A stretch of 64,000 nt of DNA, from contig DASUJR010000321.1 of NCBI GenBank assembly GCA_036279175.1, positions 23,324-87,323 on the forward strand, in the 5' to 3' direction. Below the pieces are notes generated by a model. The model had not been told where the DNA came from. It searched no databases and saw only the letters and a list, made by a program, of their open reading frames with translations. Every line of letters begins with the position of its first letter. Positions within the stretch are counted from its first letter, which is position 1. This DNA is from Candidatus Acidiferrales bacterium. Lineage in GTDB: Bacteria; Acidobacteriota; Terriglobia; Acidiferrales; UBA7541. This document shows positions 55,568 to 64,000 of this stretch, one piece after another. Position numbers and translations under genes: made by a program.

Positions 55568-56461
55568 ATGAGCTTGACGCCGAGCACACCCACACCCGAG
55601 TCGCACGAATTCGTGCGTGAAGTCGAAGTTTCGCCGTTACCACGATGGGTGGTGGTTCTCTTCGTGATCGCGTTTGGGTTGCTCGGTTACCTGGTCTACG
55701 CGAGCTATTCCGAGCGGCAGGAACTGCACCGCACTCTGAGCCTGGCGGATCAGAAAACGCAGGCGCTCGCCGCGGAGCTCGACAAGACGAATACCCGGAT
55801 CGCCGACCTAAAAGGGCAGATGGACGTCACCTCCCAGAAACTCGGTCTGACGGAAGATGAACTGGCGCGCGCACGTAGCCTGGCGCAGACGATTCGCAAG
55901 CAACAGCAGAAGAGCGACGCAGCGTTCCGCAAACAGCTCGGCGGCTTTCAGCAGGACACGGCAAGCAAGTTCGGGCAGGTGTCGAGCGATCTTACCAGCA
56001 CGAAATCCGATCTCTCCGCCACAAAAGCCGATCTGGAAGCAACGAAGAACAAGCTGCAAAGCACGATCGGGGACTTGGGCGTGCAAAGCGGCTTGATCGC
56101 GCGGAATCATGACGAAGTCGAGGAGCTGAAGCGACTCGGCCAACGCGACATTTTCGAATTCACGATGGGCAAGACCAAAAAGCCACAGCGGCTGGGGCCC
56201 ATTCAGGTTCAGTTCCGAAAGTTCGACACGAAGCATTACCGCTATACGATGGACGTGGTTGTGGACGATAAGAAAATCGAAAAGAAAGATAAGACGATCG
56301 GCGAACCTGTCCAATTCTACGTGCAAGGCGCCAGGGCACCATACGAGGTGGTCGTATTCAATGTTACTAAGAAGCAAGCCAAAGGCTATCTGAGCACTCC
56401 TAAGTCGCCGAATGAGCCGGCACCTTCCGCACCGGCACCACAGCCCGGCAGCAACCACTAA
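55568..56461 (+). CDS. single-pass membrane protein with long coiled coil and C-terminal beta domain, hypothetical
   Basis: TM segment WVVVLFVIAFGLLGYLVYA. Heptad-like region (LAAELDKTNTRIADLKGQMDVTSQKL...SDLTSTKSDLSATKADLEATKNKLQSTIGDL). SD GGAGGA. Confidence 0.55.
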   Translation: MSLTPSTPTPESHEFVREVEVSPLPRWVVVLFVIAFGLLGYLVYASYSERQELHRTLSLADQKTQALAAELDKTNTRIADLKGQMDVTSQKLGLTEDELARARSLAQTIRKQQQKSDAAFRKQLGGFQQDTASKFGQVSSDLTSTKSDLSATKADLEATKNKLQSTIGDLGVQSGLIARNHDEVEELKRLGQRDIFEFTMGKTKKPQRLGPIQVQFRKFDTKHYRYTMDVVVDDKKIEKKDKTIGEPVQFYVQGARAPYEVVVFNVTKKQAKGYLSTPKSPNEPAPSAPAPQPGSNH

Positions 56462-56577
56462 AAGTAGATCTGTCCGTTGTTGTCTTATAGCCCACAGCAA
56501 ATTCAGATTCCCTGCGCGTCTACTGGCTGTGGTGTGTATCTTTAATTCTCGCAGTTAGCACTGAGGGGAAATCGTCT

Positions 56578-57669
56578 GTGCGCATGGGCCTCGTAGTGAA
56601 GAACATTCAACCGAAGTCGCTTTTCTTCCATATTGTCGTTCCCGTCTCGATGGCTGTCGCGCTGGCTGCACTCTGCGCTTTTGCTCAATCGCCGGCCGTC
56701 GACTCCCCCGAGCAAGCCCTGAAAACCAAGACGGAATTGGTGAAGTTGGATGTGACTGTGCTGGACTCGAATGGAAATTTTGCCGAGGGGTTGAAGGAAC
56801 AAGACTTTCATGTCTCCGACGACGGCGCCGAACAACCTATTCTTTATTTCGCGCCGGTGACCGACGCCGCAAAGGTGGTCGTCGTGCTGGAAACCAGCCC
56901 TTCGGTTTACCTCATCAAGAATGAACACATCGCCGCCGCCTATTCGCTCCTTAAGGGTCTGAGCGCAGATGATGAGGTAGCCCTGGTTACTTATTCCGAT
57001 GTGCCTCGAAACGCCATGCCATTCACTACAAACAAGGCGCAGCTTCTTAGCGCGCTCGGATCTGCTGACTACATGATTGGGTCGGGTGCTTTGAATCTCT
57101 ACTACACAGTCTCCAGTGTGGTGGATGGGTTGGCGCGATTCCCTGGCAAGAAAGCAATCATTCTGCTGACGACCGGCCTTGATTCCTCTCCGCGTTCGCA
57201 ATGGACCAAGCTCACTCAAAAATTGCGTGAAAGCGACGTCGTCATCTTCTCTGTCGGCCTGCTCGGGCCTCTTACGAATACTTTGGCGGACGATCAGAAG
57301 CACTCAAAGCACGTGCCTGGCGGCTCGGCCTTTGACTCCGGAGACCTTCGGTCTGACCCGACGCTTCAGAAAGCCAACCAGGGACTGACCGCGCTCGCAA
57401 CTATCACAGGGGGGCAGGCTTATTTCCCCGCGTCCGGTTCGGAATTTGCCCCAGTGTATCGGCAAATCGCCGCCTGCTTGCGGAACGAATACGTGATCGG
57501 AATCGCTCCAGGGCACGATGGCCAATTCCATCACTTGATGGTGACCGTCGGTGGCGCGGATACGGTGCCTTCCCAAAAAAAAGAAAAACACAAAAAGAAA
57601 AAAAAGGAGCATGGCGAAGCTCAATACCGCGTATCGTTCCGGCAGGGATATATCGCTCCCGTTTCCTAA
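56578..57669 (+). CDS. exported VWA-domain protein of the acidobacterial VWFA-related type, Lys-rich tail
   Basis: Signal peptide. N-terminal TKTELVKLDVTVLDSNGNFAEGLKEQDFHVSDDGAEQPILYF, then a VWA-like core (VVVLETSPSV...ALVTYSD...IILLTTGLDS). Tail SQKKEKHKKKKKEHGEAQYRVSFRQGYIAP. Confidence 0.75.
   Translation: MRMGLVVKNIQPKSLFFHIVVPVSMAVALAALCAFAQSPAVDSPEQALKTKTELVKLDVTVLDSNGNFAEGLKEQDFHVSDDGAEQPILYFAPVTDAAKVVVVLETSPSVYLIKNEHIAAAYSLLKGLSADDEVALVTYSDVPRNAMPFTTNKAQLLSALGSADYMIGSGALNLYYTVSSVVDGLARFPGKKAIILLTTGLDSSPRSQWTKLTQKLRESDVVIFSVGLLGPLTNTLADDQKHSKHVPGGSAFDSGDLRSDPTLQKANQGLTALATITGGQAYFPASGSEFAPVYRQIAACLRNEYVIGIAPGHDGQFHHLMVTVGGADTVPSQKKEKHKKKKKEHGEAQYRVSFRQGYIAPVS
57575..57605 (+). repeat. 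two A8 homopolymer tracts (57575-57582, 57598-57605) inside the VWA gene 3' end
   Basis: cccAAAAAAAAgAAAAAcacAAAAAgAAAAAAAAgg read directly. Unusual in this GC-rich sequence. Confidence 0.9.
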
Positions 57670-57748
57670 GCCATCCGCTTCCACACAACCAAAGCTGTCC
57701 TGTCCGCTTCTCTCGCATCGTATAATCGACGGCATCGACGGAGGGCGA

Positions 57749-58975
57749 ATGTCTTTGCGAAGAGGCGTCATAGATTCTGTGGTGCTCGTGTTCGCTTTCA
57801 TCCTGCTCTTACATGCAAACGCACAGGCTCAAAGCAAGAGTGCCGCGCCAGACGCGAAAAACCCGACGGTTTCAGTGCCGCAGGATCGTGCGCGCTTCGC
57901 GTTCGGCGGAAACGTCGCTGAAGTTCCCGCTACGTTTAGCGAGAACGTGGTCTTTCTCCCTGCAAATCTGAACGGCAGCGCGCCATCCCTGTTTGTGCTG
58001 GATACAACCGCAAACGTTACTTCGATTGACCCGAAACGCGTCGGCGAACTGGGATTTGGAGCGAATCAGCCGGTTGCGCTGGTTTTTCCCGGCGTGATGT
58101 TTCCGTTCCGATCGTTGCCTGAACTGGCTCGCGACTTCGGTGCGGACACGGGTAGGCAGTACAATGGAACCATTGGAGCCGACGTTCTCTCACGAGCGGT
58201 CATTGCGATTGATTACGCCCGCAGCACGATTCGGATGTTCGATCCGAGCACGTACAAATACCAGGGGCATGGCAGCGCGCTTCCGCTTTCGTTCGCAGAC
58301 GGCATGCCTGTGATCCGAGCGAAATTCTCGACTCCCAAGGGCAAGCAGATGGAGGCCGATTTTGGACTGGACACGGCCCTGATCGCTGGAATCGTGATGT
58401 CGCAAAAGTTTTCCGAAGCGCACCGACTATTTCCGTCTAAAGGAAAAGTCTCGAAAGCATACGATCCACAATTGACCGGCGGTGAAAATGTGTCGCTGTT
58501 CCGCTTGCGCTACTTCAAAATCGCCGGCTCAGCGGTGGAGGACCCGATCGCGGAACTATCGTCCTGGAAGATCACAACGACCAACGATGCTAAGCTCGCG
58601 GGAGTAATTGGCGCCGACTTGTTGCAGCGGTTCAATATCGTGTTGGACTACCCACAACAACAGATCATCTTTGAAGCGAATAGCAATTTCAAGAATTACG
58701 ACGAAGAGGACAAAAGCGGGATTGCGCTGATCGCAAGCGGGACGGACCTTAAGACGTTGCAAGTGGCACACGTGGAGCCGAAGAGTCCGGCGGCAGAGGC
58801 GGGAATCCAGCAAGGCGACATCATTGCGGGAATCGACGATGAACCCGCCGCGGATATCAGCCTGGCCTCTGCGCGCGATATGTTCCGCGACGTCGGGCAC
58901 AAATACAAATTGCTGATTCAGCGCGGGGAGAAAACGAAGGAAGTTACGATTCAGACGGAACGCCTGCTCGATTGA
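57749..58975 (+). CDS. exported retropepsin-like aspartic protease with C-terminal PDZ domain
   Basis: ATG 57749 gives the signal peptide MSLRRGVIDSVVLVFAFILLLHANAQA. Two Asp-Thr lobes (LFVLDTTANVTSI and DFGLDTALIAGIVM). PDZ: LQVAHVEPKSPAAEAGIQQGDIIAGIDDEP. Confidence 0.7.
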   Translation: MSLRRGVIDSVVLVFAFILLLHANAQAQSKSAAPDAKNPTVSVPQDRARFAFGGNVAEVPATFSENVVFLPANLNGSAPSLFVLDTTANVTSIDPKRVGELGFGANQPVALVFPGVMFPFRSLPELARDFGADTGRQYNGTIGADVLSRAVIAIDYARSTIRMFDPSTYKYQGHGSALPLSFADGMPVIRAKFSTPKGKQMEADFGLDTALIAGIVMSQKFSEAHRLFPSKGKVSKAYDPQLTGGENVSLFRLRYFKIAGSAVEDPIAELSSWKITTTNDAKLAGVIGADLLQRFNIVLDYPQQQIIFEANSNFKNYDEEDKSGIALIASGTDLKTLQVAHVEPKSPAAEAGIQQGDIIAGIDDEPAADISLASARDMFRDVGHKYKLLIQRGEKTKEVTIQTERLLD

Positions 58976-58990
58976 AACGGCCTACAAAGG

Positions 58991-60169
58991 TCAGACTAAA
59001 CCGAGAGTAGCGGCTGCGACGCTGTCGCGTGTGGTGTTCTTCACCAGGTACATGGCTTCATCAGCGAGATGCAACAGTTCGGTTTTCGTGCGGGAATCAG
59101 TAGGGTAGGAAGCCACCCCAACGCTCGCCGTGACATGTACGTTCAGGTTCGTATCCTTCAGCCAAATCATTTCGCGAATCAGCTTGTGCAGACGATGCGC
59201 CACGCCCAATGCATTTTCCTTTGACGTTTGCGGAAGAAGCACGACGAATTCGTCGCCACCGTACCGAAACGCAAGGTCGATCAAACGGCACTTGTCCTTG
59301 ATCGCTTGCCCGATTTCGCCAAGCAGTTTTGATCCCATCAAATGTCCGTACGTATCGTTCACGTTCTTGAAGTGATCCAGATCGATGAAAATCAGCGAAA
59401 ACTCAAACGCATAGCGATGCGAACGATAAATCTCAGTATCCAGCATGAAATTCAAATGGCGTGCATTGTATAGGCTGGTGCAGTCGTCGGTGATCGTAAG
59501 CTCGTGGATCCGCTGGACGTGCCGCGCGTTTTCGATGGCGATTGCGGCATAGTCGGCCAGCGCCTCCAGAAAAGCGAGGTCACGCTGGCTGAACCCTTCT
59601 GCGCCGATACAGTTGATCAGCTCGATCACACCTAGACACTGGTCGCGAAAACGGACCGGCACAGCTACGATCGAGCGCGTCTCCATTTTCGTATGCTCGT
59701 CCACTTGCGAAAAGAAACGGGAATCTTTTGTCGTGTCAGGAACTACGACCACTTCGCCTGTCTGCGCCACCCATCCGGCGACCCCTTGTCCGAGCTTGAT
59801 GCGCACATCTTTGAGGGCGTCGGCACCCTTGCCCGTAGCAATCTGAAAGTAAAGTTCACCCTTTTCGGCATTCATCAGCAGCAGCGACCACGTGTCCGGG
59901 CGCAGGACTTCGTTGATCTTTTCCATGATCGTGCGAAGAACCTGGTCGAGCTGCAGGGATGACGTGAGCGCCTTGCCCAGCTCATGAAAAACGGCGACTT
60001 CGCTTCCTTCGGGCATGTCGAAACCGGTAGTCGGATTTCTACGCCGCTCCACGCCGTCAAACGCTTTCGCGGCGGTTCTCCGCACTGGCTCCGCGGAGGC
60101 TTCTGTGCTCGGGTCTCGGGCTTCGGACGGCAACAGTGGCATTATAGGAACCGTTTCTGCGTGCTGCAA
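58991..60169 (-). CDS. GAF-domain diguanylate cyclase (GGDEF)
   Basis: GAF region (LDQVLRTIMEKINEVLRPDTWSLLLMN...GVAGWVAQTGEVVVVPD). GGDEF domain with active site RYGGDEFVVLLP. Confidence 0.85.
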   Translation of the reverse strand: MQHAETVPIMPLLPSEARDPSTEASAEPVRRTAAKAFDGVERRRNPTTGFDMPEGSEVAVFHELGKALTSSLQLDQVLRTIMEKINEVLRPDTWSLLLMNAEKGELYFQIATGKGADALKDVRIKLGQGVAGWVAQTGEVVVVPDTTKDSRFFSQVDEHTKMETRSIVAVPVRFRDQCLGVIELINCIGAEGFSQRDLAFLEALADYAAIAIENARHVQRIHELTITDDCTSLYNARHLNFMLDTEIYRSHRYAFEFSLIFIDLDHFKNVNDTYGHLMGSKLLGEIGQAIKDKCRLIDLAFRYGGDEFVVLLPQTSKENALGVAHRLHKLIREMIWLKDTNLNVHVTASVGVASYPTDSRTKTELLHLADEAMYLVKNTTRDSVAAATLGLV

Positions 60170-60288
60170 TGAAAGCTAATGAGGGCGTTGCCGAAAGTGG
60201 AATGGGGGTAGGTCGAGCGCACGGTGGTTGTTTTTGTCCGTCGCACCATATAATCACCATATTGGAGCTAGACGGTCGCCGGGCAGGA

Positions 60289-60317
60289 TTGACACAGTTC
60301 CGACCCGCGCCTATATT
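60289..60317 (+). promoter_or_regulatory. strong sigma70-type promoter candidate for rodZ (TTGACA-17-TATATT), leaderless geometry
   Basis: Perfect -35 TTGACA at 60289-60294, 17-nt spacer, TATATT at 60312-60317. The ATG at 60326 is 8 nt after the -10. No SD. Confidence 0.5.
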
Positions 60318-60325
60318 TTTTTGCG

Positions 60326-61045
60326 ATGGCATTGATATCGTCTTTTGGGGAACATCTCCGGCGCGAGCGCGAGATGCGCGGCGTATCCTTGGAAGAACTT
60401 TCCTCTGCGACACGCATCAGCACGCGATTCCTTACAGCTATCGAGAGCGGCCATTGGGAAGAATTGCCGGGCGGCGCCTTCAACCGCGGCTTCATCCGTT
60501 CCGCCTCCCGATATTTAGGGCTCGATGAAGATGGCATGGTCGCGGAGTATTCGCTGGAGACCAGGAACGGAATTCAGCCGATCCTCCCTCGTCCTGCAAT
60601 CAGAAAATCTCGCGCTTGGCACCGGCTAAGGGCTATCGTCGTGGCCGGTCTTGTACTCATTGTCGGCGGGTGGTTCGTAGGTTCGACGATTATTCATCGT
60701 TTGCGCTCCAGAACTGGAACAGCCGGAGCGGCACGCGCGAGGGTGAATGATCCAGTGAATGGCCGCACCGTAGCCTCTGGTTTGATTTTGGTCGTGCGCG
60801 CTGCCGCTCCGGCACTGCTAGACGTCAAGGCCGATGGCAAGCCGGTGTTCGAAGGGCAGGTGCAACAGGGAGAGCAAAAGACCTTCAACGCCGCAACAAT
60901 TTTTGATATCTCCGCCAGTGATGCGGCTGCCGTGCGGCTTGAACTAAATGGACAACCAGTCGCGCCGATGGGCTTAGCCAAACAGCCCGGAAGCATTACA
61001 CTCACAGCGAAAGATCTGAGATCTTCCGCTGGGGGAAGCCATTAG
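60326..61045 (+). CDS. rodZ: RodZ-like cytoskeleton-associated membrane protein (HTH + TM + DUF4115-like C-domain)
   Basis: HTH FGEHLRREREMRGVSLEELSSATRISTRFLTAIESGHWEELPGGAFNRGFIRS. TM segment AIVVAGLVLIVGGWFVG. C-terminal beta domain (LDVKADGKPVFEGQVQQGEQKTFNA...VRLELNGQPV). Confidence 0.75.
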   Translation: MALISSFGEHLRREREMRGVSLEELSSATRISTRFLTAIESGHWEELPGGAFNRGFIRSASRYLGLDEDGMVAEYSLETRNGIQPILPRPAIRKSRAWHRLRAIVVAGLVLIVGGWFVGSTIIHRLRSRTGTAGAARARVNDPVNGRTVASGLILVVRAAAPALLDVKADGKPVFEGQVQQGEQKTFNAATIFDISASDAAAVRLELNGQPVAPMGLAKQPGSITLTAKDLRSSAGGSH

Positions 61046-61118
61046 CACTGAAATCCGCGAAGCTGTCCGAACCGGTCACATCCGTCCCGAACAAAAGCTC
61101 GCCATTTGCGCCGGTGGC

Positions 61119-61991
61119 ATGTCGCTGCCGTCTGAGGAACGCGTCGAGCTGCTCGCGATCCTTGCTGCAGACACGGACGCCGCACTCGCAGAACGCGCAA
61201 AGAGTGCGGCGCTCGTTCAGCCGCTTTCCGCATTTGTAACAGCGCTCGCTCGCGCCGACGCCGATCCGCGCTTTTTCGTTTACTGCGCGGCAAATCTCAG
61301 CGAGAAATCCGAGATCGCGGACGCCATGGCGAGGAATCCGAATTGTCCTTCCTCGCTGCTCGTTGCTGCCGCGTCGCACCTCACAAGCGAAGGCATTCAG
61401 GCCCTCTTGGACAATCTTGGCTGGGTCGAGCACAGCCCGCAACTCGTTCAGGCCTTGCACAAATCCACGGCTGCCACTCCAGCCCAGCGGGAGGCGCTGG
61501 AGGACATGATTAAAGGCGCCCTGTCCGAAAAAGAGATTGAGGCGGCCACGGACGGTGAAGCCGACCCGGTGATACGTAAGACGCTGATGCAGAAGCTCGC
61601 CTTCATGAATGTCGTGCAGCGGTTGACGCTGGCGCTGAAAGGCGGACGCGAAGAGCGCATGCTGCTGATTCGAGATCCGAACAAGCTAGTGCAGAAATCG
61701 GTGCTGCAGTCACCTCGCCTGACGGATACGGAGGTCGAAAGCTTTGCCGGCATGGCGAATCTCTCGACCGAAGTCCTTCGCTCGATTTCGCTCAACCGCT
61801 TGTTCATGAAGAACTACACGGTGGTAAGAAACCTCGTGTTCAATCCCAAGACGCCGCTCGACATCTCACTCCACTTATTCTCGAGACTTACGATCACGGA
61901 CCTCGTCAAGCTTGCGGCAAACAAAAATGTGCCCGACACAGTTCGCTCCATGGCGCAGAAGCTGCATCGCAAACGCAAGACGGGCGGCTGA
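61119..61991 (+). CDS. hypothetical helical-repeat protein (leucine-rich-repeat-variant/HEAT-like)
   Basis: Repeated xNPxxPxxxL turns (ARNPNCPSSLLVAAAS, LQSPRLTDTEVESFA, VFNPKTPLDISLHLF) and a basic tail KLHRKRKTGG. The frame is open and protein-like upstream to the rodZ stop but has no ATG/GTG/TTG there. Confidence 0.5.
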   Translation: MSLPSEERVELLAILAADTDAALAERAKSAALVQPLSAFVTALARADADPRFFVYCAANLSEKSEIADAMARNPNCPSSLLVAAASHLTSEGIQALLDNLGWVEHSPQLVQALHKSTAATPAQREALEDMIKGALSEKEIEAATDGEADPVIRKTLMQKLAFMNVVQRLTLALKGGREERMLLIRDPNKLVQKSVLQSPRLTDTEVESFAGMANLSTEVLRSISLNRLFMKNYTVVRNLVFNPKTPLDISLHLFSRLTITDLVKLAANKNVPDTVRSMAQKLHRKRKTGG

Positions 61992-62202
61992 GACGCTGGT
62001 TAGGTCGCTTTTACCGGCCGTTCCATCCCGAGAAATAGAACGAATCCAATCGATCTAAAACCCAAATGAGAGTGATGGCGGTCGGAGGCCGGGCGGTTCG
62101 TTCGGCGGTGTATAGTAGTTGCGAACCGATTCGCCTCAAACGCCGCCCTACGTCCGTCACGTCACGACAATCGGGGACCGCTGTTCTTTTCGGCAAAACG
62201 AG

Positions 62203-63654
62203 ATGAAGAGACCTCTGCGGGTCATGAAATTTGGCGGAACCTCAGTCGGCGACGCGGCTTGTATACGGCGCGTCGCTCAGATTGTGCGTGATGCTTTGCG
62301 CGACAGCTCTATTGTCGTTGTCGTCTCCGCAATGGGCGGTGTCACCAACCGTTTAATCGAAGTCGCGGACCTTGCGCAGGCGAATGACCGTCAGCATGTC
62401 TGCGACATCCTTGAACTGTTGCGCAAACAGCATGAAGACACTTTGGCGGCGCTCATAACTTCAGCGGCAAAACGCGCCGCGCTTGGTGAATCGATCAAGG
62501 CGATTTTCTCCACCGGCGAGCGGCTATGCGAGGGCACGCTGCTGCTGCGCGAACTGACCCCTCGCACCTTGGATTCGATTGCGAGCCTCGGCGAGCAGCT
62601 ATCCGCGCCTTTGCTCGCCGGGATCCTGGGCGAATTGGGAGTGGAGAGCGAAGTGATCGAGGGAACCGAGTTGATCCTGACTGATGCACACCACGGCTCG
62701 GCCGAGCCCCTGATGGAAGGCACGCGAGCGCGGTCGCAAGCGAAACTGGTTCCGCTCTTGGCGAAGGGCGTCGTCCCGGTCGTAAGTGGTTTCGTCGGTG
62801 CAACACAGCACGGTGTGCTCACCACGCTGGGACGCGGCGGCTCAGATTATTCCGCAACAATTCTCGCGGCAGCGCTCGATGCGGATGACATCGTGATCTG
62901 GACCGATGTGGACGGCGTGCTCACCGCCGATCCCCGCTTGGTTCCGGAAGCCTGCACCATCCCGGAGATTTCATACCGCGAAGCGGCTGAACTGGCGTAC
63001 TTCGGAGCGAAGGTGTTGCATCCGAAGACGATCCGCCCAGTCACGTCGAAGGGAATACCCGTCTGGATTCGTAATAGTTTCGCGCCAGAGCAAGATGGCA
63101 CGAAGATTACGCCGTCCGGCCGTAGTAATGGAGGAGGAGTGAAAGCGCTCACAGCGATCAAGGATGTGGCCCTGATCGCGATTGGCGGACCTGGCATCGT
63201 GGGCTTGCCTGATGTAGTGGGACGCACTTTCTCTACCACAGCGGACGTTCGCGCGAACGTGCTGCTGATCTCGCAATCGTCTTCGCAAAACGACATTTGC
63301 TTCATCGTTGCGGCGCCGGATGCCAGAACCACCGTCGAGGCATTGCGCAACGAGTTTGCGCAGGACGTGATGCACGAAAAGGTCGAACACATTACCGTCG
63401 ATCCCACGATCGCGATTGTCGCCGTTGTTGGCGAGAACATGCACGGTACGCCAGGGGTTGCCGGCCGAACATTCAGCGCGCTAGGGCGCGAGGGCGTGAA
63501 TGTCATCGCGATCGCCCAGGGCTCTTCGGAATGCAACATCTCATTCGTCGTTGAAGAGAAGCACGTTAAAACGGCTCTAGCTGCTTTGCACCAGGAATTC
63601 GGGCTCGGCGGCGCGTCAGTGCCCAAAGAAATGACCGGAAGTTCGGTGAATTGA
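62203..63654 (+). CDS. ask: aspartate kinase (monofunctional, C-terminal ACT domains)
   Basis: ATG 62203 gives MKRPLRVMKFGGTSVGD. LGRGGSDYSATILAAALDADDIVIWTDVDGVLTADPR. C-terminal ACT repeats (IAIVAVVGENM...GVNVIAIAQGSSECNISFVV). Confidence 0.9.
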   Translation: MKRPLRVMKFGGTSVGDAACIRRVAQIVRDALRDSSIVVVVSAMGGVTNRLIEVADLAQANDRQHVCDILELLRKQHEDTLAALITSAAKRAALGESIKAIFSTGERLCEGTLLLRELTPRTLDSIASLGEQLSAPLLAGILGELGVESEVIEGTELILTDAHHGSAEPLMEGTRARSQAKLVPLLAKGVVPVVSGFVGATQHGVLTTLGRGGSDYSATILAAALDADDIVIWTDVDGVLTADPRLVPEACTIPEISYREAAELAYFGAKVLHPKTIRPVTSKGIPVWIRNSFAPEQDGTKITPSGRSNGGGVKALTAIKDVALIAIGGPGIVGLPDVVGRTFSTTADVRANVLLISQSSSQNDICFIVAAPDARTTVEALRNEFAQDVMHEKVEHITVDPTIAIVAVVGENMHGTPGVAGRTFSALGREGVNVIAIAQGSSECNISFVVEEKHVKTALAALHQEFGLGGASVPKEMTGSSVN

Positions 63655-64000
63655 TGGAGAAAACCGTAAGCGCATCGCAAAAGATCGGCGCGCAGGCACG
63701 CCAGCGATGCATCAATCAATCGTGTGGCGGCGCGTACGAGCTCACGGACCGACTGTACGTTTGCTCCCGTTGTGGCGGACCGCTTGAAATTGAAGCGCCG
63801 CTTGGCGCTGCACGGGGCGATGCAGCAGCGCTTCGCGAAGCGTGGCGCTTGCGCGGCGCTTCACCCGACCCAAAAGATCGCAGTGGCGTTTGGCGATACC
63901 GCGAGTTTTTGCCATTCGATCCGGCCGTTGCTGTAACCCTTTTCGAGGGCAACACACCACTGTACGACGCGCCACGCTGTGCCGAATATTGCGGGATTGA
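63654..64000 (+). CDS. thrC: threonine synthase, 5' partial (continues beyond window)
   Basis: My own translation of frame 3 from ATG 63654 (which shares one base, A63654, with the ask TGA stop at 63652-63654): MEKTVSASQKIGAQARQRCINQSCGGAYELTDRLYVCSRCGGPLEIEAP...DRSGVWRYREFLPFDPAVAVTLFEGNTPLYDAPRCAEYCGI. It shows the Zn-ribbon N-terminus plus the GVWRY..FLP and EGNTPL motifs of ThrC. Not in the ORF track because it has no stop in the window. Confidence 0.8.
   Translation, partial: MEKTVSASQKIGAQARQRCINQSCGGAYELTDRLYVCSRCGGPLEIEAPLGAARGDAAALREAWRLRGASPDPKDRSGVWRYREFLPFDPAVAVTLFEGNTPLYDAPRCAEYCGI

Overview
GC-rich bacterial chromosomal segment. By inference it comes from an Acidobacteriota-like genome: it has a VWFA-type 'acidobacterial' domain protein, a PEP-CTERM protein, several DUF4097 paralogs, and a giant IPT/YVTN lipoprotein. 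I support about 59 protein genes. Most are housekeeping.

Main gene blocks:
- A co-directional block lysS-lolC/E-lolD-clpC-bamA-(3.9 kb lipoprotein)-skp, at 12.3-26.4 kb.
- A complete Rrf2-sufBCDSUT operon on the minus strand, at 27.4-33.9 kb, with a readable sigma70-type promoter and a direct-repeat operator candidate.
- Scattered housekeeping genes: selB, tatA, maf, an acyl-CoA mutase catalytic subunit, recQ, queF, a deoxynucleoside kinase, rodZ, aspartate kinase, and the 5' end of thrC.

One intact IS481-like insertion sequence (10921-12189) sits just upstream of the lysS promoter and is flanked by a 16-bp direct repeat. I found no rRNA, tRNA or CRISPR array by eye.

The least ordinary content is at the left end (1-7.2 kb). 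An ECF sigma factor is co-transcribed with an anti-sigma factor that carries three tandem, complete zinc-finger anti-sigma (H-x3-C-x2-C) modules, followed by a secreted DUF4097 protein. Two more DUF4097 paralogs, a protease-less double-PDZ protein, and a secreted unknown protein translationally coupled to aroK lie next to it.

Other points worth a second look:
- The large lipoprotein wedged between bamA and skp.
- A recurring leaderless-promoter geometry at rodZ, recQ, selB and the dNK gene.
- A 285-330 nt non-coding gap inside the lol genes, with an extended -10 element.
- Two A8 tracts at the junction of a VWA gene and an aspartic-protease/PDZ gene.
- A CDP-alcohol phosphatidyltransferase module with a divergent membrane-anchored OmpR-type regulator.

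All family calls come from motif recognition in the supplied translations. No search or HMM was run. Nothing here looks like a canonical defense island, prophage or secondary-metabolite cluster.
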